DNA of 28,511 bases. It comes from an uncultured virus (IMG/VR IMGVR_UViG_2061766007_004303). Taxonomy: Duplodnaviria; Heunggongvirae; Uroviricota; Caudoviricetes. The notes beneath the pieces were generated by a model. That model searched no databases. It was not told the DNA's origin and saw nothing but the letters and a program-made list of their open reading frames with translations. The position numbers and the translations under genes are program-made. Where the stretch lies: IMG/VR virus record IMGVR_UViG_2061766007_004303. One strand, given 5' to 3'. The stretch's first letter is position 1. Each line of letters starts with the position of its first letter. Positions 20,780-28,511 of the stretch are shown piece after piece.

Positions 20780-21382
20780 ATGTCGCACTTAACCATCAAA
20801 GAGCGTCTCAAGATCGAACACTGGCTGAACGAAGGCCACAACTTTCAGGAAATCGCGGATTCCCTGAAGAAAGCAAGGTCGACGATCGTCCGGGAAGTCA
20901 GGAAACATCGAAAGGAGAGTCGGGAGGCCGGATACAACCGGATACCGAACTGTTGCATTCATCGCAGGCAATGCAAGCTGAAACATGTGTGTATGCGCGC
21001 CCGGTGTTACCGCCAATGCAGCACATGTTCCCTGTGCAACGAGTATTGCTCTCAATTTCAGGAAGAGCGTTGTGCAAAACTGGAGGAACCGCCATATGTG
21101 TGCAATGGATGCCGGGAGAAGAATCAATGCACACTGAAAAAGCAGTTTTATGTTCACGATGCCGCCGAACGGGAATACCGAAAACTGCTTGTTGAATCAC
21201 GAGCTGGAGCGAATATCACGGAGGAAGAACGACAGTTCCTCAGCGAACAGATTCACCGCGGGATTCAGAAAGGACAATCCGTCCATCACATCCTCGAAGC
21301 AGAGAAGGATCATGAACGCGTTTACGGAGACCGTGAAGAAATATCCGACCCAGCGCATGGATCACAGCTATCTCGCCCTTAA
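20780..21382 (+). mobile_element. IS30-family transposase with Cys-rich insert, truncated before the DDE domain
   Basis: HLTIKERLKIEHWL...EIADSLKKARSTIVREVRKH (HTH_38-like), Cys cluster ending PPYVCNGC, then Y...LVESRAG and GQSVHHI. Homology appears to stop at ~21310 and no catalytic domain follows. AAGGAG RBS. Confidence 0.88.
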
Positions 21383-21428
21383 CAGAGCCTTTGGTCTGGA
21401 CGGACGGGAAGCCGCCATTTTCGCATGA
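21312..21428 (+). pseudogene. C-terminal remnant of a DUF932-like phage/plasmid protein (copy 1)
   Basis: MNAFTETVKKYPTQRMDHSYLALNRAFGLDGREAAIFA* is homologous to 24611-24751. The family call rests on the recalled WSLxNAxTE motif. Confidence 0.6.
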
Positions 21429-21694
21429 CCTATGAACTCGCCAAACACAGAAAGGAGACTGCACGTCCATCCAAACCATGCTCATCTCTCCGTTCCTGAA
21501 CATTTGAATCCGCCAGGAAGGGGCTAAGCTCCGGAGCGGAGAGAAGCTGACGTGGCTCTGATGCAGCCATGTCAGAGAGCCCTGCATCCCGGATGTCGAA
21601 GGAGTGCAAGCCTTCCCTCCGGCTATTTCAAATTCACCAGAATNNNNNNNNNNATAGTATAAGATCGAATAGCATAATATTCTTTTTTACTATT

Positions 21695-21720
21695 CAAGTA
21701 TAAAATAAATTTTATACTTG
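21695..21720. promoter_or_regulatory. AT-rich perfect palindrome (operator or terminator)
   Basis: CAAGTATAAAAT-AA-ATTTTATACTTG, with 12-bp arms. Confidence 0.45.
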
Positions 21721-21748
21721 CAGTAGAAAATCTTATCAAATCTATTTC

Positions 21749-22075
21749 TCATTCTGTTTTCTTGACTTGATAATAAATGGACGTGTTATATAAAACATTA
21801 TTGANNNNNNNNNNGATATTCTCCTCATCAAATCGAATCTTTCTCGGAGATAAAGCAATTTGAGAAATGTAACCTTTTTTCACATATCCTTTAAGCGTCG
21901 GACGTGATACGCCAAGGATTCTCATTGCGTCTCTAGCTTCGATCAGGTGACGTTTTTTTGAATTTTGAGGTGCTGTCTGTGTACACGCGAACAAAATGCC
22001 CTCTGCGTTTTCCTGAGAAATCGTTTCGTCCATATCAAGGATTCTTTTGAGAATATCCAAAGTTGTAGCTTTCAT
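21749..22075 (-). CDS. Excisionase/AlpA-like helix-turn-helix protein
   Basis: LIEARDAMRILGVSRPTLKGYVKKGYISQIALSPRKIRFDEENI. GAGG RBS. The true 3' end is uncertain because of the N-gap at 21805-21814. Confidence 0.8.
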   Translation of the reverse strand: MKATTLDILKRILDMDETISQENAEGILFACTQTAPQNSKKRHLIEARDAMRILGVSRPTLKGYVKKGYISQIALSPRKIRFDEENIXXXXNNVLYNTSIYYQVKKTE

Positions 22076-22211
22076 TGCTTGTTTCCTCGGGTTGGGGGGT
22101 TGTTTTAATACGTGGTCAATATAGCGGAAACGTTAAAGAAAACATCCATTGGAATCATTCCCGGAAATAACAGGATATCAAAAAGTCCTTTTGAACTTGA
22201 TGTGTTCCAAC

Positions 22212-22405
22212 TGGACAGGATGGACAGGCATCTACATCCGGTCTATAGGAAACCCAGATTGTAACACTTTTCTCTCGCCTTGTTATCCGGGTTTTTTCCA
22301 TGCGCGTGCGCATGTGGAAGAACCTGTTCCATCGGACAAGCAAGCCTCTAACCATAATTCTGGGTTTCCTATAGGGTAAGGATCAACGGCTGTCCAGCCT
22401 GTCCA
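22212..22405. repeat. Nested inverted-repeat structure resembling a phage/satellite replication origin
   Basis: Outer arms TGGACAGGATGGACAG / CTGTCCAGCCTGTCCA (15/16). Inner perfect 16-bp arms CTATAGGAAACCCAGA (22243-22258) / TCTGGGTTTCCTATAG (22359-22374). Central CATGCGCGTGCGCATG. Confidence 0.65.
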
Positions 22406-22464
22406 CGACTAGATCCTCGCCCTCGGAATGTGCTTGCCTTTCAGTTTCACCAACGGGACAATCA

Positions 22465-22523
22465 GCGCAAAGTTATATAATGGTTTTGCGCAAAGTTATA
22501 AAACAAAACAGCGCAAACATATA
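22465..22523 (+). repeat. Three GCGCAAA(GT/CA)TATA direct repeats, 23-bp period
   Basis: Copies start at 22465, 22488 and 22511. Confidence 0.75.
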
Positions 22524-23208
22524 AAACTGAGCACGAAACAGTCGTGCCTGAATCGCCCGAGCAGGAAAAGACGGGGGCAGAATTGCGCCCATCCACCGGA
22601 CAAGACCGCTGTATCCGTCGATAATCCGAGCCTTCTCACGGCAATCACGGGCGGCAGCATGGGCTATACGCGCCCTGAAGGTGTTCATCTCCTCGCGATC
22701 TCTGCATTGAAGCCGTGAGCGTAGAGCGCCATTAGCTTTCACCTCAAGCCTAGTTCAGATTAGGGAAAGATTAGGGAAACCGGGTCCGGATGCCGTTTCG
22801 ATTTATATCGCTTGAGGTGAAAGGATGATTTGTCGGGGCATCTTGTTGTCTATCCAACCAAAGCAACCTTCCCCAATTACGGAATATCCGGGAAACTGTT
22901 GATTTTGAGCTCNNNNNNNNNNAAACATAGAACACCTTTGGTCTCTTGCCTCAATCTTGTTCAAACAATTGTGCCGGATGCAGGTTTTTGAGGCGGAATC
23001 CCCTAAAAATCCCCCAAAGGACCCGTTTTAGAACCCGAAAGAGGGGGAGAACCGATGCCCGAAAAACAAATTGCTCCTATTGGATCGCATCGCCCAGAAA
23101 AGCTTGGAGCTCCCCCCAGGTCTGAATACGATTATTCATCGCTTCAAGCTCAACGGTGAGCTCAAAAGTTTTAGGGGATTTTTAGGTGATTTCTGTCACG
23201 AAACACAA

Positions 23209-23249
23209 AAAATCACCCGCTATCATGAAACATGAAAAGGGGTGATTTT
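23209..23249 (-). terminator. Hairpin downstream of the tRNA 3' fragment
   Basis: AAAATCACCC / GGGTGATTTT arms with an inner TCATG-AAA-CATGA stem, and T-runs on both strands. Confidence 0.55.
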
Positions 23250-23260
23250 GAGGTCAAAAG

Positions 23261-23305
23261 TGGTGCACCCGGAGGGATTTGAACCCCCAACCTTCTGATC
23301 CGTAG
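23261..23305 (-). tRNA. 3' half of tRNA-Arg(ACG), an att site rather than a functional tRNA
   Basis: The minus strand reads CTACGGATCAGAAGGTTGGGGGTTCAAATCCCTCCGGGTGCACCA: anticodon loop (ACG), T-arm, acceptor strand and CCA. The upstream sequence has no D-arm or complementary 5' acceptor strand. Confidence 0.88.
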
Positions 23306-23923
23306 GCAAGCTATTTCCTATATCTCCTCAGAACACCCTTTATCTTTTTGTGCCATTTTGAACAGGACCACGATTTTTAATGATTACTTCCATTTATTGC
23401 CGGATACCTACCTAAAAAAAAGCCCTGGCGAGATGATTTGGTCACAAATCTTGACATGATCCGTGAGGCGGGGGGGGTCTCCCTTATTCGGTCAATCAGC
23501 AAGTTAATGATTGCTCGCGAAATATCGGCATAGTCAGAGGACGATTCTACCTTACAGCAACGGCAAAGACGTTTCTCGTCAATTTGACCGTCCATGTTCA
23601 AAGTCTAAGCTCACCGCCATTTTTTATATGCTCTTCGGTGTTGGCGGGAAGACAGGAAAAGTTGGCGCTGTCCCGGCGAAAGAATGGCGTTTCCAGAGTC
23701 TTTTTTGGCGTTTTTCGCTGAAAACTGGCGCCAATAACGTTATTTTTTGAGCTTGAGCGCCAATTTTGGAATGCCGAAACGGCAAACATGTACCCCCCGC
23801 ATCCGGTCCTGAAGGGTATCATCTGAACATAAGCAATATCATAATATATCCATCCTTCCCGAAAAAGAAAATGGTTATCCCCTGTGGTGCCGTTGAAGAA
23901 GGACGCCACAGAGGAATGAATGC

Positions 23924-24181
23924 TTAGATCGTGCTTATTGCTGGAGGTGTGCATCCGCATTGCCGGAAAAACGCATCTATGCTTTTGCGGTCAATGAGAA
24001 CGCGCCCATTTTTGGCTTGATTGAGCTTGATTCTTTGAATATAACCAATGGAAATCCAACGGTCGATTGTGTCCGTAGACACATGGGCATATTGCGCCGC
24101 CTCTTTTCGAGTAATCCAAGATGTCGGCTCTGTTTTTTGATGCCTTTCTCCTTCTATTTGGGGATGGTTTATTGTTTTCAA
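23924..24181 (-). CDS. Excisionase-like HTH_17 DNA-binding protein
   Basis: WITRKEAAQYAHVSTDTIDRWISIGYIQRIKL...GRVLIDRKSIDAFF. AAAGGA RBS. Confidence 0.88.
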   Translation of the reverse strand: MKTINHPQIEGERHQKTEPTSWITRKEAAQYAHVSTDTIDRWISIGYIQRIKLNQAKNGRVLIDRKSIDAFFRQCGCTPPAISTI

Positions 24182-24241
24182 CGTACAGATTCCTTTCTGT
24201 GTTAGTTCCGTTTGAATGGGCGTTTTTGAAGTCGTTCTGAC

Positions 24242-24361
24242 TTAAATGATCATCCAAGGCTTCCTAGACGAGACGGCAAGCCCGGCGATGCCGACGGCTA
24301 CGATCACGCCAAGCGCGATTCTTTCGATCGTGGGCAACGGATAGAGTGGCGGAATAATCAT
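24242..24361 (-). CDS. 39-aa single-TM hypothetical peptide
   Basis: MIIPPLYPLPTIERIALGVIVAVGIAGLAVSSRKPWMII. GAGGAG RBS. Confidence 0.55.
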   Translation of the reverse strand: MIIPPLYPLPTIERIALGVIVAVGIAGLAVSSRKPWMII

Positions 24362-24377
24362 CGCTGGTTCTCCTCGC

Positions 24378-24518
24378 TCAGATCTTGATGTTGTCGGGCA
24401 ACTTGACGCCAAACTGACTGAGAACAATTCCGGCAGCAACGGTCAGCAGAAGCTTTCCAATCAATTTCCATGTGTCAGCATCGTCAAACGGAATGAAGCT
24501 GTTGGTTGTGTTGTGCAT
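24378..24518 (-). CDS. 46-aa single-TM hypothetical peptide
   Basis: MHNTTNSFIPFDDADTWKLIGKLLLTVAAGIVLSQFGVKLPDNIKI. AGGAGG RBS. Confidence 0.6.
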   Translation of the reverse strand: MHNTTNSFIPFDDADTWKLIGKLLLTVAAGIVLSQFGVKLPDNIKI

Positions 24519-24610
24519 AAAGGGGTCCCTCCTATAAATGTGTTTGAGTTTGATGAGGCCGGGCAGTTGCGCCCGACCTCGGTTGGATTGTTGTTTGTAC
24601 TTGGGGATGT

Positions 24611-24751
24611 TCAGGCGGCGAAGAGAGCCGCAGCGCGACCATCCAGACCAAAAGCACGGTTGAGCGCACGATAGCTGAAATCCACGCGCTGCGGAGTGTA
24701 CTTTTTCACGATCTCTGAAAGCGCATTCATCAGCGACCAGCGTGTCGGCTC
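24611..24751 (-). pseudogene. C-terminal remnant of a DUF932-like protein (copy 2)
   Basis: Hand translation gives EPTRWSLMNALSEIVKKYTPQRVDFSYRALNRAFGLDGRAAALFAA*. An in-frame stop lies immediately upstream. Confidence 0.6.
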
Positions 24752-24780
24752 CTAAAAAACAGTCCCTTTTCCGGCATAAT

Positions 24781-25125
24781 ATGATGAACAGGGATGAAAT
24801 CGCCGTCGTGGAAAAGACCTGGGGACCGACAGAGGTAATCCAGTACACCGACAACGAAGGAAAGGTGAAGGAGCTATACGGCGGAAAACTGACCGAGAAT
24901 CTGACGCAGGCGACAGCCCGTGATCTGCTCGCGAACGCAATCTTCAATGTTGAGAGGCGGGGTTATCCGGTCGTTCTGCATGTGCACGACGAGCTTGTAA
25001 CCGAAGTTCCAGATGGTTTCGGTTCCGTTGAGGAGCTGTGCGAGCTGATGTGCCAGTTGCCGCCGTGGGCGGATGGACTTCCGCTGAAAGCCGAAGGATG
25101 GCGTGGAAAGCGATACCGCAAGTAA
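24781..25125 (+). pseudogene. C-terminal fragment of a phage-type family A DNA polymerase
   Basis: YGGKLTENLTQATARDLL, VLHVHDELV (motif C) and PPWADGLPLKAEGW...RYRK*. Only ~115 aa are present. Confidence 0.9.
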
Positions 25126-25218
25126 GCTGACCGTGTGAATGGCAGGGCCGGTTGCATCGAAGGGTGTGATCGGCTCTTCCCGCCATCATGGTCGTTTCCC
25201 ACCTTAGATCGTGGAAAA

Positions 25219-25246
25219 ATCGTGGAAAAGGGCTCTTTTCCACGAT
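25219..25246. terminator. Hairpin between convergent genes
   Basis: ATCGTGGAAAAG-GGCT-CTTTTCCACGAT, a 12-bp stem. The left arm is also duplicated directly at 25208-25218. Confidence 0.5.
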
Positions 25247-25294
25247 CGCCGGTACGAAAGTTTTATTANNNNNNNNNNNNNNNNNNNNNAGACA

Positions 25295-26097
25295 CTATTT
25301 ATTTGGTTTTCGAGATTCCCGATATTCCGACAGATGCCTGCTGCCCTTCTTCGGGTTCAGGTACATGTCGAATTTGATATACCCGTTGAAGTCCTCACCG
25401 AACGCTTCGGAATCCACGGGGCTGAGCGGGGAGTCCGTGCGCTTGTCGTAGAGGAAACAGGCTTTCGCATAATGCCCCGCGACCCTGACGAACACGGTTC
25501 TGTAAGCCCTGTACGAGGAAGACTTGAGCCCGTTGTTGTCCCAGATGCGAATAATCTCTTCGATGGGGATGGAGATCTCCCGGCGCGTGTAGCCGTCCTC
25601 CGGCGCCATCGTCTGNNNNNNNNNNNNNNNNNNNNNNNNNNNNNNNNNNTTCCAATTCCTTTTTGAAGAGGTTGCGTTCCCTGTTGTATTCATCTCCGTT
25701 GCCGAACGGCCGGATCCTGCCGTCGAAGAGATTCTTTTCCAGCACAGATTCTCCTTCTCCGACCAGAAGGATCCCGTCATCCGGATCGTTGGAACGGAGC
25801 CGGACGATGAAGACCGCGGGATACTGGATTGGATCGCCCCAGNNNNNNNNNNNNNNNNNNNNNNNNNNNNNNNCGCCCCATTCGTCCCGCAGGAAATCAA
25901 GTTCGAAATACCTGTTTGATTCCGATTCCTGCCCGAAGGGGATGTCGCGAAGAACCACCTCAACGCCGGAGTCGGGAAATTCAAGGACGCGTTTTCTCTG
26001 ATTGGCGATGTCATACCACACACCCCAGGTCACATGCTCCAGAGTCCGGACTTGTTTCGGCGGCGGAGGCTCTTTCCGCATCACGACACGCATGCCG
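25295..26097 (-). CDS. Hypothetical protein (gap-interrupted, 5' end missing)
   Basis: Three protein-like minus-strand segments separated by N-gaps, ending ...GYIKFDMYLNPKKGSRHLSEYRESRKPNK*. Confidence 0.55.
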
Positions 26098-26108
26098 NNN
26101 NNNNNNNG

Positions 26109-26672
26109 GACTACGGAGAGAAGAGCAACAAGACGCCGAAGAACGAGCAGAAAGTCTCCCACGGCCTCGGCAACCACTGCATCATGGGCATCGGCATGTA
26201 CGACCGCATCACCGGCCTCCAGACCAACCCGACCGCGCTCGCCGGGCCGTTCCGCTACCGCCTCGGCTGGCTGAAGGCGCTCCCGCTGCCGTCGAAGGGC
26301 AAGGTCCGCATCCCCGCCTCCAGCGAATACGGCTACATCTACCGCAACCCGCGGAACCCGGACGAATATTTCCTGCTCGAAAACCGCAACGCCGATTCGT
26401 CGTTCTACCGCGCGCTTCCCTCGCACGGGCTCGCCATCTGGCACGTCGACGACGCCGTGACCGACCAGGAGGAGGACGAGGAGATGACGCCGGAGAAGCA
26501 TTACGAGATCTCGCTCGAACAGGCGGGCGGCGTCCCGCTCCTCGAAAAGCCGTGCCCCGGCACGTTCGGGCATCAGACGCACAACCGGGACTGCAACGGC
26601 ATCGCCACCGATTACTTCTACCCGCCGGACCGCGTCGTCTTCAATGACTTCTCGAAGCCGGACAGCCTCTGG
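26109..26672 (+). CDS. M6-family (immune inhibitor A-like) metalloprotease, internal fragment
   Basis: GLGNHCIMG.G...NPT.....RYRLGW, EYFLLENR, LPSHGLAIWHVD and ISLEQAGG. Bounded by N-gaps; the HExxH motif is not in view. Confidence 0.8.
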
Positions 26673-27151
26673 NNNNNNNNNNNNNNNNNNNNNNNNNNNN
26701 NNNNNNNNNNNNNNNNNNNNNNNNNNNNNNNNNNNNNNNNNNNNNNNNNNNNNNNNNNNNNNNNNNNNNNNNNNNNNNNNNNNNNNNNNNNNNNNNNNNN
26801 NNNNNNNNNNNNNNNNNNNNNNNNNNNNNNNNNNNNNNNNNNNNNNNNNNNNNNNNNNNNNNNNNNNNNNNNNNNNNNNNNNNNNNNNNNNNNNNNNNNN
26901 NNNNNNNNNNNNNNNNNNNNNNNNNNNNNNNNNNNNNNNNNNNNNNNNNNNNNNNNNNNNNNNNNNNNNNNNNNNNNNNNNNNNNNNNNNNNNNNNNNNN
27001 NNNNNNNNNNNNNNNNNNNNNNNNNNNNNNNNNNNNNNNNNNNNNNNNNNNNNNNNNNNNNNNNNNNNNNNNNNNNNNNNNNNATAAGGTTTGAAAAGTC
27101 TGTTTTGCGTGGTATATTATCTACGACACTTCACAGAGTCTTGGAGGACGC

Positions 27152-27461
27152 ATGAAACACGGAAAACAACCTCATTGCTACGTCGTGGCCGGCCCCAATG
27201 GAGCCGGGAAAACCACGTTTGCGCTGAAGTATCTTCCACGGATCGCGTCCTGCCGGGACTTCATCAACGCCGATGAGATCGCCAAGGGACTCTCTCCCCT
27301 CGACTACGAAGCGGGATTGCTGAGAGCGAGCAAAATCTTTCTTGAAGCTCTGAACCGGGAACCGAATCGTTTCCATCTTTGAAAAAAGACTGGGGCACCC
27401 CCTGGAGGTTCAGGACAAGGAACGATTCGCGAAAATACAAGGAGACCTGAACCATGAGTGA
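27152..27461 (+). pseudogene. Zeta-toxin-like P-loop ATPase (COG4185 type), internally deleted and frameshifted
   Basis: [13 protein letters not shown]...[13 protein letters not shown] stops at 76 aa. A second frame carries a plausible C-terminus [32 protein letters not shown] that overlaps the next ATG. Confidence 0.8.
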
Positions 27462-27645
27462 TGAAATGAGAAAAGCTGTTGAAGCTATGCAGAAAGCCGT
27501 GGACGAAGAAATGGAACGCAAGGCGAAACTCGGCTATAAGGCTGTCATCGCCGATAAATATGGCCGTCCCAAGGCCGTCTCCGCCAAATACCTCGTCAGG
27601 AAACGCCGCGCGGAGCTTGCCGCCGCAAAAAAATCCGCTTCCTGA
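27454..27645 (+). CDS. Small partner protein of the zeta-like ATPase (putative antitoxin)
   Basis: 63 aa, A.EAMQKAVDEEMERKAKLGYKAVIADKYGRP. AAGGAG RBS, translationally coupled to the ATPase remnant. Confidence 0.7.
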   Translation: MSDEMRKAVEAMQKAVDEEMERKAKLGYKAVIADKYGRPKAVSAKYLVRKRRAELAAAKKSAS

Positions 27646-27700
27646 CATTCCGTTGTCTTCGGCTTGAACGGTAGACCATTTTCGAAAGGAAAGACTGAAA

Positions 27701-28511
27701 ATGAAGTGGAAAAAACTCACGAAATGGGGATTTCCCCTGTTCCTTTTTGTTCTTCTGTTCGGCGTCGTTGATTTCGCGCTGAAGGGGTACTGTATCGAAA
27801 ACGCGTGGAACATCGGACGCAAAAAGACAACTCTTTACGACCGGTATTACGAGTATTCCCCGGACGGAAGCAAACTTGTTTATTCCTGCCTCAAAAAAAC
27901 GGAACTCAGTCAGCCGTTCTTTCAGACAAAAGACACTTACATCCTCGTTTCATTGATCATCGATCTGGAAGCCGCCCAAAAGGAGATGATCCCCGTGATC
28001 CTGGAAAGGGAGAACTGGTCATCCGCCTACAGACAGACCAAAAGCAAAGACAGGACAAAAACATCAAACTTTTATGAACTGGCTGAATTGGTCCGGGATG
28101 GAGATCATGTCCTCNNNNNNNNNNNNNNNNNNNNNNNNNNNNNNNNNNNNNNNNNNNNNNNNNNNNNNNNNNNNNNNNNNNNNNNNNTTGGGGTTCCCTC
28201 GAATGGACAACCTGCTTACGACGGGGCACGACTACGGGGATTACGTCTGCCTCGCGTTTCCGCAGCCGGAAACTGTGAACGGCGACCACTGCGACATGCT
28301 GGTGTATCCGCGTGCTTCCGTCTTCGACGAAAAGGTCCAGAAGGATATCATAGCGGAGAATTATCAGTTTCGGGACGAGTTCGAAAAACAGAGTCACGCA
28401 GCATGTATCCTGATGACGCCGCTGGCGGTCATCGGGGATCTCGTAATGCTGCCGTATTATATCATTCATATCTTTTTGAGCGCAATGAGCGGCGGACATC
28501 CCCCGTTTTGA
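27701..28511 (+). CDS. Hypothetical membrane protein
   Basis: Not in the ORF track as one unit. It reads MKWKKLTKWGFPLFLFVLLFGVVDFALKG..., open to the N-gap at 28115-28187, then continues to ...ILMTPLAVIGDLVMLPYYII...PPF*. AAAGGA RBS. Confidence 0.65.
   Translation, partial: MKWKKLTKWGFPLFLFVLLFGVVDFALKGYCIENAWNIGRKKTTLYDRYYEYSPDGSKLVYSCLKKTELSQPFFQTKDTYILVSLIIDLEAAQKEMIPVILERENWSSAYRQTKSKDRTKTSNFYELAELVRDGDHVLXXXXXXXXXXXXXXXXXXXXXXXXXGVPSNGQPAYDGARLRGLRLPRVSAAGNCERRPLRHAGVSACFRLRRKGPEGYHSGELSVSGRVRKTESRSMYPDDAAGGHRGSRNAAVLYHSYLFERNERRTSPVL

Noticed and set aside
23261..23335. Complete tRNA-Arg gene
   Set aside because: The 5' half (acceptor strand, D-arm, 5' anticodon stem) is missing.

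Overview
A gappy scaffold (many short N-gaps, some contig order doubtful), probably from a PVC/Lentisphaeria-like bacterium; that taxonomy is inferred only from the style of the signal-less AIDA/RTX and beta-repeat proteins. The left two thirds (1392-18617) form one minus-strand locus. In transcription order it holds a ~8.2 kb giant beta-repeat protein gene with no signal peptide, then a 47-aa peptide missed by the ORF track with a YxxPxI leader motif (RiPP precursor-like), then a strong hairpin/terminator. Next come two tandem HprK-related ScmC-like P-loop kinases, a GT2 glycosyltransferase, a PqqD/RRE protein, an apparently inserted AIDA/RTX secreted protein, an S24/S26 peptidase, an NTP_transf_5-type nucleotidyltransferase and a peptidase-less ABC exporter. 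No lasso cyclase, B2 transglutaminase-like protease or radical SAM gene is visible, so this looks like an uncharacterised RRE-dependent phospho/glyco-peptide system tied to surface-protein genes. The right third is mobile-element debris around a tRNA-Arg(ACG) 3'-half att site: a truncated IS30 transposase with phased end repeats, two homologous DUF932-like remnants, two excisionase-like HTH genes, an ori-like nested palindrome and a phage PolA fragment. It ends with an M6 metalloprotease fragment, an internally deleted zeta-toxin-like ATPase with an intact small partner, and a membrane protein. All family calls come from motif recognition by eye, not database searches.
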